A DNA stretch of 64,000 nucleotides from an uncultured Gemmatimonadales bacterium (GTDB lineage Bacteria; Gemmatimonadota; Gemmatimonadetes; Gemmatimonadales; GWC2-71-9): assembly GCA_963842945.1 (NCBI GenBank), contig CAWJIM010000024.1:64001-128000 (forward strand), written 5' to 3'. Both the position numbers and the translations under genes were made by a program. Positions 38,503 to 48,158 of the stretch are shown here, in pieces (positions within the stretch are counted from its first letter, which is position 1; each line of letters starts with the position of its first letter). Below the pieces are notes generated by a model that was given only the letters and a program-made list of their open reading frames with translations, was not told where the DNA came from and did not search any database.

Positions 38503-38531
38503 AATATAGAAGTGACCTCCCTGTGAGGCAA
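38503..38531 (-). promoter_or_regulatory. sigma70 promoter of the rpmJ-rpsM-rpsK-rpoA-rplQ operon
   Basis: TTGCCT-17 nt-TATATT, 35 nt upstream of the rpmJ start. Confidence 0.75.
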
Positions 38532-38560
38532 GTCGAGACTGTACATCGAGAAAGCAGCCC

Positions 38561-38977
38561 TTACCCCACCACCCGGAACTCGACCAGCGTCCACTCCTTA
38601 TCACTTCGGCGGTACCCCAGCAGGAGAACCTGGACCCGCACATTCTGGGTTCCGGCAACGCGGTACTTCCTCTGGAGCTCCACATATCCCTGGTTGGGCG
38701 CCACCTCACGCGCCGCCCGGACTACCGTCTCTACCTCCTGCCCGGTGGACAGAAAGTTCGAGAGGAGAGCTGCAGCCTGATCCGGCCCCAGCGCCACCGA
38801 CGGCTCGGCTCCGGGCAATTGGATTAAAAGGCGAGGGCTCTCGGCTACAAGGGCAGCCGTATTGTGAGCGAACCACGCCTGCCGGGCCTTCTCGGCGGCC
38901 TGATCCAGGTCGTTGCCCTGAGCGTTTCCGAGCGCAGGGGCTGCTGCCAGTGCCATGGCCACTACGATATGACGCAC
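38561..38977 (-). CDS. Hypothetical exported protein
   Basis: Signal peptide (…GNA|Q); overlaps the pyrF stop; no recognised family. Confidence 0.7.
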   Translation of the reverse strand: MRHIVVAMALAAAPALGNAQGNDLDQAAEKARQAWFAHNTAALVAESPRLLIQLPGAEPSVALGPDQAAALLSNFLSTGQEVETVVRAAREVAPNQGYVELQRKYRVAGTQNVRVQVLLLGYRRSDKEWTLVEFRVVG

Positions 38978-39654
38978 CCCGCCTCCTTCATGAGCTCTTC
39001 CAAAACCGCCCGTGGATTCGCGGCCTGAAGCACCGGTCGGCCAACTACCAGGTGGGTCGCTCCATGCCGGATAGCGTCCTCCGGAGAGGACACCCGAACC
39101 TGGTCACCCCTGGCATCTGAGCCCCGTCTGATCCCGGGAACCACCAGATATGGCTTCGGCCCTAGCCGCTCACGCAAGACCGATACCTCACTGGGCGAGC
39201 ACACCAGTCCCTGCAACCCGGCCCCGATCCCCATCTGACCCAACCGCTCGACTTCGGCTACAAGATTCACCGGTGCTAGGCCCAGCGCCTGCTGGTAGGA
39301 AGCCTCGTCATGAGAGGTAAGCACGGTGACCCCGACCAGGGCGAGCTCACCTGCTGAGGCCGCGACCGCCGCCTCGAGCATCGCCTTGCCTCCAAGGACG
39401 TGGACGGTGGCCATGCTGACGCCGAGCTCACGAGCCGAGCTGACCGCACCGGCAACAGTGTTCGGAATGTCGTGCCACTTGAGGTCGAGGAACACATCGA
39501 GGCCCCGCTCGATCAGCCGGCGGACGAACTCGGGGCCTTCCCGCGTCATGAGAATGGAGCCGACCTTGACCCAGCGGAGTGGCGGAAGCCGATCCAGCAA
39601 CGCGAGGGCATCTCCCGCGCGCGGAAGATCCAGGGCCAAGACCAGCTCAGCCAC
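38962..39654 (-). CDS. pyrF: Orotidine-5'-phosphate decarboxylase
   Basis: LALD; FLDLKWHDIPNTV; VTVLTS; VPGIR; VVGRP. Confidence 0.96.
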   Translation of the reverse strand: MAELVLALDLPRAGDALALLDRLPPLRWVKVGSILMTREGPEFVRRLIERGLDVFLDLKWHDIPNTVAGAVSSARELGVSMATVHVLGGKAMLEAAVAASAGELALVGVTVLTSHDEASYQQALGLAPVNLVAEVERLGQMGIGAGLQGLVCSPSEVSVLRERLGPKPYLVVPGIRRGSDARGDQVRVSSPEDAIRHGATHLVVGRPVLQAANPRAVLEELMKEAGCVIS

Positions 39655-40522
39655 CACTGCTCTCCAGATCTCGCACGATCCGCTCGGGTAGCCGTGGATC
39701 GGCCAGGGCGCCGGTACCCATAGCCACCAGCGAAGCACCGGCCCGAAGGTACTGCCGCACATCCTCGGCTGATCGCACTCCACCGACGCCGATCACTGGG
39801 ATTCCACCGGTGCGCTCGAGGATGCGCGCCACGGCCAGGACCCCAACCGGCAACAGTGGCGGTCCGCTCACGCCTCCGCTGCCGTGGCCCAGTCGGGCTG
39901 CACCCTCGTGGCGGTAAAGTGTTCCGGGTATGGTGTTCACCGCACTTATCGCATCTGCCCCCGCATCCCTGGCCGCCACGGCCATTCCTCCGATATCCGG
40001 AAGCAGCGGCGACAGCTTGGCCACGAGTGGAAGCTCGGTGCGCCGCCGGCAGGTCGCCACGATCCGCTGAACGCAACCGGCATCGGCACCGAACTCAATC
40101 CCGCCAGCCGAGGTATTGGGGCAGGAAAGATTCAACTCGAAGGCGGCGATCGCCGGTGATCCGTCCAAACGCCTGACCACTTCACCGTATTCTTCCACCG
40201 TAAACCCGACGACGTTGACCAGGACTTGCGCCCGAGTCAAATGGCTGGAGAGCCAGGGAAGCGCCTCCTGCCGAACCCACTCCACACCCGGATTGGCCAG
40301 GCCGATGGAGTTGAGCATGCCCCCGGTGAACTCCGCCACCCGTGGTGGGGCGTTTCCGTGTCGCGGCTCTACGGAGACTGCCTTGGTGATGATACCGCCG
40401 AGCCGATCGAGATCGAGGACTCCGTCGAGCTCGCGGCCGAAGCCAGCTGTCCCGGCGGCGAGAAGAAGCGGATTCTGGAAGCGACGGCCGAACAGCTCTC
40501 GCTCGAGGGAGAGAGAGGTCAC
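39647..40522 (-). CDS. pyrD: Dihydroorotate dehydrogenase, family 1 catalytic subunit
   Basis: NPLLLAAGT; MLNSIGLANPG; ELNLSCPN; AVNT; GGVSG. Confidence 0.93.
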   Translation of the reverse strand: MTSLSLERELFGRRFQNPLLLAAGTAGFGRELDGVLDLDRLGGIITKAVSVEPRHGNAPPRVAEFTGGMLNSIGLANPGVEWVRQEALPWLSSHLTRAQVLVNVVGFTVEEYGEVVRRLDGSPAIAAFELNLSCPNTSAGGIEFGADAGCVQRIVATCRRRTELPLVAKLSPLLPDIGGMAVAARDAGADAISAVNTIPGTLYRHEGAARLGHGSGGVSGPPLLPVGVLAVARILERTGGIPVIGVGGVRSAEDVRQYLRAGASLVAMGTGALADPRLPERIVRDLESSGG

Positions 40523-41963
40523 TGGGGCTCGGGAACCTTGGAGCCTCCTGCGGCAGGCTGAGGGCGACGACCCGGCGGCAGGGGTGGAACGAATTTTCGG
40601 CGAACGCCTGGGGACGGGTCCGGCTGACTGCCAACGAGGCTGCAAACGCCCCCAGTGAGTCCTCCAGCTGACGGTACTCGGGCGTGGCCTCACCCTGGAT
40701 GGCGACTACGTACGGGCTGTCATAGTACTGCTGGTCGAGGATGGTGCGGGCGCTATCGACCCATTCCGGATTCAACTGCTGGGCGGCCAGAATGGCCTTG
40801 GGGGCATAGGCCGAAAATGGCCACTGCTCGGGAATCCGCCGAAAGAGGGACTCCGCCAGTCTGGGCGCCTTGAGGATTTCCCGCGCGGACTCAGCCGCCA
40901 GAAACAGCCGCAGATCTCCCTGTGGAGTCGTGGGCGTCACCGTCCTGGCCGCGGAGTCGACCTCCGAGACGTTGGCTGCGAATCGGTCGATCTCGTCTGC
41001 CGTCACCTTGAACCGGACCGCAAGCTGCTTCAAGCTGTCCATGATCGACGGCAGGTCACCCGGATTACTCAGAAAGGCCAAGCGCAGCTTGATCAATGCC
41101 AGGCCGGCCCGCCCGGCCGACTCCCCTGTCCCTCCAGCGTTAACGGCTTCCCGGAACCGGCGTGCGGCGCGCGCGGTATCGATGGAGCTGAGCCGAAGCC
41201 CGTCTTCCAGAAACGTCCGCGCCCGCAACTCCGGGGTCCGTTTGGAGAAACGCTGCACCCGGTCGACCAGGCCCGAAGCCGCGACCGGATTCTCTTCCGC
41301 CAGCATGACCAGGAGAGAGTCCCAGACCTTCGTAGTATCGCCCTGGAAAATCAGCGAGTCGCTCAGGGCCAGCGCCTCAGGCGCCCGACCGGCGCCAGCC
41401 AGCGCCAACAGCCGCTCTCTCTGGGCCCGAGGCTCGTACACCCCTTCAAGAACGCGTAAGGCCTCCTGGTACTGTCCGGACGCCCGCAGGACCCGCGCGT
41501 GTTGAAAGCGGGCTTCTCGGCGTCGGTCCGGGTTGCGGCTATCCAGCAATTGCATGAAAGCTGCGTCGCCACCGGCGAGATTGCCTGCAGCCATCTGGCA
41601 GCGGCCGGTGGCCAACAGAGCATCCTCGACCAGTTCCGGAGAAGCGCGTGTCGTGGTCGCCAGCCGGCCGAGGGGACCCAGGGCCTGATCGCACTGACCC
41701 AGCCGCGCCAGGGCCACACCTCGAAGCAGCTCGGCCTGCTCGGCGTACTTGCTCTTGGGGTGACGTACCACGACCGACTCGGCCTTGGTTGCCACCTGAC
41801 CCCAGAGATTGTTGGCCTCGAAGGTTCGGCCATCATGCTCCGCCTTCCGGGCCGACTTGGCCAGCCGGTTGGCGTTATACATCCCGTTGTAATAGACGCA
41901 TCCGGCCGTCGCAGTCAGGCTCAGCGCGAGGAGGACACGGGTGAAACGGTGATCGGGCTTCAC
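40519..41963 (-). CDS. TPR lipoprotein (frameshift near 40610; true stop overlaps the pyrD GTG)
   Basis: TAGC lipobox, CVYYNGMYNA; helical repeats; the alternative frame ends GGSKVPEPQ* at 40519. Confidence 0.7.
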
Positions 41964-43166
41964 CTCATCCCCCCCGCCTCGACCACAGGCTCCGTCTTGC
42001 GCTGGTATTCGAGCAGATACTCGACAATGGCGTCGGCCAATGCGGCGGCCATGGCCTTTTGGCTGGCGTAGCTGGTGAGAAACCGGCCGTCTTCGGGGTT
42101 CGTGCTGTAGCCCAGTTCGACCAGAATGGCGGGTCGGCGGGCGGTGGTCAGAACCATGAATCCGGCCTGCTTGACCCCGCGGCTGTCCCCGGTGTGCACC
42201 GTCTTCAGCTGGCGCTGGACCAGCTCGGCAGCACGCGCTGATTCGCGAAGATGCTCATTCAGCTGGAGATCTTTCAGTATGAAATCCAGGCCCATACCGG
42301 CTTCACCCGACGGCGCGTTGGTCTCGAAGCGCACAGCTTCGTTTTCCATCTGCGCCACCCGCGCGGCGTCTTCCGTTCTCGCCTCGGCCAAAAAGTAGGT
42401 CTCGAAGCCCCGAATGTCGGTGTAGCCGCGGCGCCGCGCCAGGGAATTGACGTGAAGGCTGACGAAAAGATCGCACGACTCAGTGCAGTAGCTTCCCCGA
42501 TCTCCCAGGGCAATCAGGGTATCAGCCGTGCGGGTCATGTTCACGCCCACCCCCCGACGCCTGAGCTCGTTGCGGAGGAGCAGTCCAACCTGCAGGGTGA
42601 CGTCTTTCTCCTTGGTGCCCCGGGGAAAGAACACCCCAGGATTCCCCGGGTCCACTCCTCCGTGGCCCGGGTCGATGGTGACCTGATGCCCGGGCCGAAG
42701 CCCGTTGGGAAGTCTGGTCTCGGCGGGCGGGCGGCACCCGGGCCACCGGCGGGCGATCGGCGGCGCCCGCTACGCTGAGGCGGGCGCGCGTACCGTCGTA
42801 GCGATAGCGGCTCCCCTGCAGCCCCGGCAGTATCTCAACGATGAACTGAAAAGGGAGAAACAGGGTATCTCGGGTCACCGACGCGGCGCCCGCCAGCGGC
42901 CGCAAACGGTTGCCGCAGAAACAGAGCGGCGCGCCTACCAGGAAACGAAAGTTCTGGGACCCCACTGAGACCTCGGCCCAACCCTCCAGCACCTTGGCCG
43001 ACCCGTCGAGCGCCGACATGAGGGCCGCCGCCGGCAGTACCGGAGCGCCGTTCTCATCGGTCCGCACCGGAATCCGGGCTTCGCCTTTGGTTCCGGCAAC
43101 GACCACAATACCAGGCACTATATGAGCGCCGGTGAGGGCCGCGAGCAGAGCCAGCAGGAGCATCAC
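41960..43166 (-). CDS. N-acetylmuramoyl-L-alanine amidase (Amidase_3; frameshift at ~42715-42760)
   Basis: IDPGHGGVDPG; EKDVTL; FVSLHVNS; PAILVELGY. Confidence 0.88.
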
Positions 43167-43648
43167 CGACGGCCCCGCACCGAAACGGCTCGAGCGACTT
43201 CGCGCTCCTGAATCTTGCGCTTGATCGCTTCACGCTTGTCGTGTTGTTTCTTGCCCTTACCCAGGGCCAGCGCCACCTTGGCGCGTCCATTCTTGAAGTA
43301 GAGCTCGAGTGGGACCAGGGTGAGCCCGCGCTGTTCCACTGCTCCGATCAACTTCTCGATCTCCCGGCGATGCAGGAGCAGCTTGCGGGTGCGGACCGGA
43401 TCATGATTGTAGCGATTGCCCTGTTCGTACGGAGTGATGTTCATCCCGTCCAGGAAGACCTCCCCGTTTCTCACTCGGGCGTAGGCCTCCCGGATGGAAG
43501 CCTTGCCGTTCCGCAGAGACTTGACCTCGGTCCCGGTCAGCACAATTCCCGTTTCCCAGGTCTCGAGAATATGGTAGTCGTGCGTCGCCTTCGGATTCCG
43601 GGCGACCGACTTCTTCCGCTCGGCGGGTGGAGTGGGTTCGCGGCTCAC
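43163..43648 (-). CDS. smpB: SsrA-binding protein
   Basis: NPKATHDY; GIVLTGTEVKSLR; RKLLLHRRE; GKKQHDKR. Confidence 0.97.
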   Translation of the reverse strand: MSREPTPPAERKKSVARNPKATHDYHILETWETGIVLTGTEVKSLRNGKASIREAYARVRNGEVFLDGMNITPYEQGNRYNHDPVRTRKLLLHRREIEKLIGAVEQRGLTLVPLELYFKNGRAKVALALGKGKKQHDKREAIKRKIQEREVARAVSVRGRR

Positions 43649-43681
43649 TAGGGGTACCCTAAGCAAAGGATAAGCCAAGGT

Positions 43682-43787
43682 GGGAAGGAAGGGAAAGACG
43701 GGAAGGTCGGGAACCGAAGGCCGAACCGCAGCCTCCCGTTTCTGGGGGCTCCCGTTCATGCCTGCCGTCCCGTCCTTCCCGTCTTTC
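43682..43787. repeat. Inverted pair of 9-bp tandem arrays 3' of tRNA-Leu
   Basis: gggaaggaa gggaaagac gggaaggtc ... gccgtccc gtccttccc gtctttc, with an inner hairpin agcctccc/gggggct. Confidence 0.7.
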
Positions 43788-43798
43788 AGCGTTCCTCA

Positions 43799-43882
43799 TG
43801 CCGAAGGCGGGACTCGAACCCGCACGGGCTTGCGCCCACTGCGCCCTGAACGCAGCGCGTCTACCAGTTCCACCACTTCGGC
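43799..43882 (-). tRNA. tRNA-Leu(CAG), CCA not encoded
   Basis: GCCGAAG/CTTCGGC acceptor stem; D-arm TGGTAGAC; anticodon arm CTGCG-TTCAGGG-CGCAG; long variable arm; GGTTCGAGTCC. Confidence 0.97.
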
Positions 43883-43894
43883 GAGCGCGAAAAC

Positions 43895-45326
43895 CTAATA
43901 CCGCGGCATCCCCACTTCAATCCGATCCGCCCAGGCGTCGATTCCGCCCGCGAGGCTGCGTACCCGGCTGAAACCGGCGCCTTTGAGCAGCTGGAGCGCT
44001 TTCATGGAGCGAGCCCCATGGTGGCAGTGAGTCACGATCTCGGCGTGACCATCGAGCTCGCCGAGCCGCTCGGGGAGCTGGCCCAGCGGAAGCAGGCGAG
44101 CGCCCTCAATATGCGCGATCTCCCACTCATGCGGCTCCCGCACGTCGATCAGCACCAATTCCGGGCCTTTCTGTTGCATTTCCCGGGAGAGCTCCTCGGC
44201 GGTGATTTCCGGCCCGTCATAGGCGGGCTCCGCGCCGATCCCACAGAACGCCTCATAGTCGATCAACTCTCGAATACTCGGCTGCTCTCCGCAGACCGGG
44301 CAGGAGGGGTCCTTCCGCAATTGGAGCTCACGGAACCGGAGCTTCAGGGCGTCGAACAGCAGTAGCCTGCCCAATGAGCGAGTCGCCGGCGCCAATGATC
44401 CACTTGATGGTCTCCAGCGCCTGGATGCTCCCGATGATTCCCGGCAGCACCCCGAGTACGCCTCCCTCGGCACAGCTGGGGACCAGTCCCGGCGGGGGCG
44501 GCTCGGAGTACAGACACCGGTAGCAGGGACCTTGGCGGGCATAGAAGAGCGACGCCTGTCCCTCGAAGCGGAAAATGCTGCCATAGACGTTCGGCTTCCC
44601 CAGCAGCACGCACGCGTCGTTCACCAGGTACCGAGTGGGGAAGTTGTCGGTCCCATCCACTACGATGTCGTACTCCCGCAGGATCTCGAGGGCGTTCTGG
44701 GACGTCAGTCTCGTCTCGTGCTTCTCGATGCGCACGTTGGGATTCACATCGCTCAGCCGGGCCTCGGCCGACTCGAGCTTCGGCTGGCCCAGTGTGGATG
44801 TGCCGTGGACGATCTGCCGCTGCAGGTTCGTCAAGTCCACCACATCGAAGTCCACGATCCCGATCGTTCCCACCCCGGCCGCCGCCAGATAGAGCGAGAG
44901 CGGCGAGCCCAGCCCTCCGGCTCCGACGGTGAGCACCCGCGCCGACTTGAGCTTCCGTTGGCCCGCGACGCCCACCTCTGGGAGCAGCAAGTGCCTGGAA
45001 TAGCGAAGGACTTCAGCCTGGGACAGGGCGGCCTCGCTGCCCAGCGCCGGAGATCCACCGGCGATGCTGGGCACGATCGTAAGCACATCCCCGGACTGCA
45101 CCGGTGTAGCCCTGGAGGAGAGATGCCGGATGTCGGTCTCGTTCAAGTACAAATTGACGAAGTTCCGAAGCCGGCCATCGTCCTGGAGCAGGTGGCGCTT
45201 GAGGCCGCCATGGGCGGCGAGCAGCCCGTCGAGCACCTCGCCCACGGTGTGGCCCGGCAACTGGATGGTATCCTGCCCCGCGGTAAAGCCTCGCAACGGC
45301 GTGGGGATCGAGACGGTGACAGACAT
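43895..45326 (-). CDS. moeB: Ubl (CysO/MoaD/ThiS)-E1 (MoeB/ThiF)-rhodanese fusion, MoeZ-like (frameshift near 44370)
   Basis: Residues 1-91 form a beta-grasp ending VPSIAGG; E1 RYSRH, GAGGLG, CYRC, PSCAEGG, CPVC; rhodanese DVREPHE, CHHGARS. Confidence 0.9.
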
Positions 45327-45329
45327 ATT

Positions 45330-45755
45330 TCAGACCTCGTTGAATACGTCGAGAGACTCCGGCAGCATGGCCGACCGATCACCGGCCAGCTGCCAACTGG
45401 TGGCCTCGACCGCACGTCCGCGGTCGACCCGCACGATCAGGTAACTGTACCAGGGCCAGGCATGCTCGGCGTCGAACGCCGAGGGCGCCGCCGGGTGGTC
45501 CGGGTGTGAGTGGTAAAAGCCGAGCACCTCGAGGTTGTCCTGGCGAACCTCTTCCTCGACTCTCTGGAGATCCTCGGGAGCGATCAGATATCGGTGCGGG
45601 TCGGCTGCACGGCGATTCACCACCGGCAGGAGTCGCCGCACCTCCTTGATCTCACCCGGCTGCCCAGCCAGCACACCGCAGCATTCCCCGGGATAGGCCT
45701 GCTCGCCCTCGTGATGGATTGTCACCATCAGCGTCTCGCTGACCCGTAACGTCAC
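45330..45755 (-). CDS. M67/JAB metallopeptidase (Mec-like)
   Basis: YPGECCG; YHSHPDHPAAPSAFD JAMM motif. Confidence 0.92.
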   Translation of the reverse strand: MTLRVSETLMVTIHHEGEQAYPGECCGVLAGQPGEIKEVRRLLPVVNRRAADPHRYLIAPEDLQRVEEEVRQDNLEVLGFYHSHPDHPAAPSAFDAEHAWPWYSYLIVRVDRGRAVEATSWQLAGDRSAMLPESLDVFNEV

Positions 45756-46669
45756 GTGACCCTCCAGCGGTGAAGGTCACTCAGATATCTCACCCCCGAG
45801 TCGCACCCAATCACAACCACATAGGCCTCCGGATCCTGCTGCACGATATCCAGTGCCGCGGCTACCGCCGCTCCGGCGGACCAGCCGACCAGGTATCCCG
45901 AGTGCCGCGCCAGCCAGCGGGCCGTGCGGTCGGCCGCCTCGGTGGAGATCTCCGCTACGGCGTCAGGAAGTCCGGGATTGTACAGCGCGGGCGGATGACT
46001 CGTTGTAGCCAGGTGCTTCAATCCCTCCAGCCCATGCAGAGGAGAGTCCGGCTGCACTCCGATCAGTCGGATGTCCGGGTTCTTCTCCTTCAGGAACCCA
46101 CCGGTTCCCATCATGGTTCCGGTCGTTCCCATCGCGGCCACGAAGTGCGTAATCCGTCCTTCGGTTTGCGTCCAGATTTCGGGGCCAGTGGTCTCCCGAT
46201 GCGCCGCCGAGTTGGCCGGATTGCCATACTGGTCGGCGAAGTAATAGCGATCTGGCTCCTCCCGTAAAATCTGGCGGGCCCGTTCGGTTGCTCCGTCGGT
46301 ACCCTCCAGCCGATCGGTCAGCACGACTTCCGCGCCGTAGATCTCCAGCAGCGCACGGCGCTCCGGGCTGGCATTGGCAGGAACACAGATCGTAACCTCG
46401 ACCCCTGCGGCGGCGCCCAGCATCGCATAGGCGATTCCGGTATTGCCGCTGGATGCGTCGAGTAGCCGGCGCCCGGCTAGCTCCCCCCGGCACAGGGCGT
46501 CCCGAAGAATGCTGCGGGCAGCGCGGTCCTTGACACTTCCCCCAGGGTTGAGCCACTCGGCCTTGAGAAACACCTTCGAACGAGAGGATTCCAGTGCAAT
46601 GGGGAGCAACGGCGTGTTGCCGACCGCCTTCCAGAGCGCAGGTTCCCATCCGTGCGGTTCCGCGTCCAT
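45752..46669 (-). CDS. PLP-dependent cysteine synthase (CysM-like)
   Basis: VGNTPL; NPGGSVKDR; SSGNTG; GTTGT. Confidence 0.92.
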   Translation of the reverse strand: MDAEPHGWEPALWKAVGNTPLLPIALESSRSKVFLKAEWLNPGGSVKDRAARSILRDALCRGELAGRRLLDASSGNTGIAYAMLGAAAGVEVTICVPANASPERRALLEIYGAEVVLTDRLEGTDGATERARQILREEPDRYYFADQYGNPANSAAHRETTGPEIWTQTEGRITHFVAAMGTTGTMMGTGGFLKEKNPDIRLIGVQPDSPLHGLEGLKHLATTSHPPALYNPGLPDAVAEISTEAADRTARWLARHSGYLVGWSAGAAVAAALDIVQQDPEAYVVVIGCDSGVRYLSDLHRWRVT

Positions 46670-46680
46670 CCCGAGTCTCC

Positions 46681-46713
46681 AAATGCAAAAGGCCCGACCG
46701 TGGGGTCGGGCCT
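46681..46713 (-). terminator. Hairpin plus U-tract between rrf2 and cysM
   Basis: AGGCCCGACC-CCAC-GGTCGGGCCT-TTTGCATTT on the minus strand. Confidence 0.75.
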
Positions 46714-46734
46714 CAGTTTCTCAACCGAAGAGCG

Positions 46735-47193
46735 TCAGCTTGCCGACGAGATCCCGACCAGTTCCTGGACTTCGGTTTCCTGCTTCATCAAATCGGCCAG
46801 TGAAATGCTGGCAAGCAGCTCGTCCACCCGCTGCTGGAGTGCATGCCAGACCGGCCGGATGCTGCAGGTGTGTCCCGGATTACATCGATCGGCGTCCACC
46901 GGGTGAGTGGCGCAGTTGATCTCGAAGGTTTGATGCTCCGATGCAGCCATAACATCCCGTACCGAGATGGCGGCCGGCTCCTTGGCCAGGAAGTAGCCAC
47001 CCTTGGCTCCTCGCACGCTCTCGACCAGACCGGCCCGCCGGAGCCGCAGCAGGATCTGCTCGACATAATCAGCCGGAAGTCGCTCGGTGTCGGCGAGCTC
47101 CCGGGCGGCAACAGGTCCACTGCCGTGACGTCCACGCTTGGCAAGGTGGATCGAGATGATCAGGCTGTATTCGGTCCAGGTGGTGACCCGCAT
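46735..47193 (-). CDS. Rrf2-family regulator with three Cys (IscR-like)
   Basis: YVEQILLRLRRAGLVESVRGAKGGYFL; C..(7)..C..(5)..C..W. Confidence 0.93.
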   Translation of the reverse strand: MRVTTWTEYSLIISIHLAKRGRHGSGPVAARELADTERLPADYVEQILLRLRRAGLVESVRGAKGGYFLAKEPAAISVRDVMAASEHQTFEINCATHPVDADRCNPGHTCSIRPVWHALQQRVDELLASISLADLMKQETEVQELVGISSAS

Positions 47194-47199
47194 GCTTTG

Positions 47200-47228
47200 A
47201 ATATGCCTGTGAAAACAGGTGGAATCAA
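47200..47228 (-). promoter_or_regulatory. Promoter of rrf2 with a palindrome in the spacer
   Basis: TTGATT-17 nt-CATATT, 6 nt before ATG; the spacer contains CCTGT-TTTC-ACAGG. Confidence 0.7.
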
Positions 47229-47256
47229 ATCTGAGCTGAAAACGGGAGCTACGCCG

Positions 47257-48057
47257 CTACTGCTTTTCCGCCGAAGTCCAGCGAGCCACCTCTTCTGCGC
47301 TCATGTTGCCGTAGGGCCGAATGCGCGCGTCGCGAAACGAGCCGCCGAGCACGTCGCCCAAGTACTGAGACCAGGAGAGCAGAGTTCCGTAGCAGACCGG
47401 CTCAGTGGCATCGGGTGCGCCGACCTCCGCATCCAGCCGCTGCAACAGCTCCCGCATGACGCCCTCGGGGACTCGGGAGCGGGCCGAAGGGAAGATGAAT
47501 CCGAACATGACCAGATGAGCCAGCAGCACCCGCCAGTGGGGTCCGAACCGCTGGATCAGTCGATCCCAGTCCAGCCGCTCACCAAGCGCGAGGATGAGGT
47601 GGGAAACATCGGCCCCGTCATATCGCTCGCGCTCCATGACGAAGGCCTTCGACCAGATGGTCTCCTCCGGCGGTGCGATCTTTACCGGGACATTGAGGAC
47701 TTCACCGTCCGCAGCGTGCTCGAACCAGCCGTCGTCCACCGCCGCCACTCCGTTCCCGGAGCTGAAAATCACGTCGATGAACCCCTCCGGCGACCGGATC
47801 TTGGCCAACCAGTGCGAAAACACCAGCTCGGTCTCGTACCCGGCCGTGGCGCACGCTTCCAGCAGGCGCTGGACGTCCAAAGGCCGTGCGAAGATGTCCA
47901 GGTCCTTGGTAGACTTGTCGATGCCGGCCTGGTGGATGAACGCGAAGGCGCCACCGACCAGGAACGGCACCTTGGCCCGGTTGAGCACCTCCATCGCGTT
48001 CCGATAGAACAGCCGGGAGGGTGTCTCGACTAAAGACTGGGTCGGGGCGAGCGCCAT
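47257..48057 (-). CDS. Pol-beta-superfamily nucleotidyltransferase, unknown substrate
   Basis: FLVGGAFA...TKDLDIF (GG + DxD); third acidic strand IDVIF; K…D…D helix. Confidence 0.75.
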   Translation of the reverse strand: MALAPTQSLVETPSRLFYRNAMEVLNRAKVPFLVGGAFAFIHQAGIDKSTKDLDIFARPLDVQRLLEACATAGYETELVFSHWLAKIRSPEGFIDVIFSSGNGVAAVDDGWFEHAADGEVLNVPVKIAPPEETIWSKAFVMERERYDGADVSHLILALGERLDWDRLIQRFGPHWRVLLAHLVMFGFIFPSARSRVPEGVMRELLQRLDAEVGAPDATEPVCYGTLLSWSQYLGDVLGGSFRDARIRPYGNMSAEEVARWTSAEKQ

Positions 48058-48158
48058 GCCAGACTCCGCAGAGGGGACTTTATGATAAGTCGGCCCCGAA
48101 CCTTCGGGGTGTGGCCCGGATCACCGCAGCCGTTCACTTGTCACTGGATTGTGCCAGC

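Noticed and set aside
40182..40522. Apparent 340-bp overlap of the 593-aa TPR ORF with pyrD
   Set aside because: Read-through caused by an indel near 40610; the alternative frame stops at the GTGA overlap at 40519-40522.
43649..43895. tRNA-Leu/smpB as an integration site for a genomic island
   Set aside because: No integrase, no duplicated tRNA 3' end, and the flanking genes are housekeeping.
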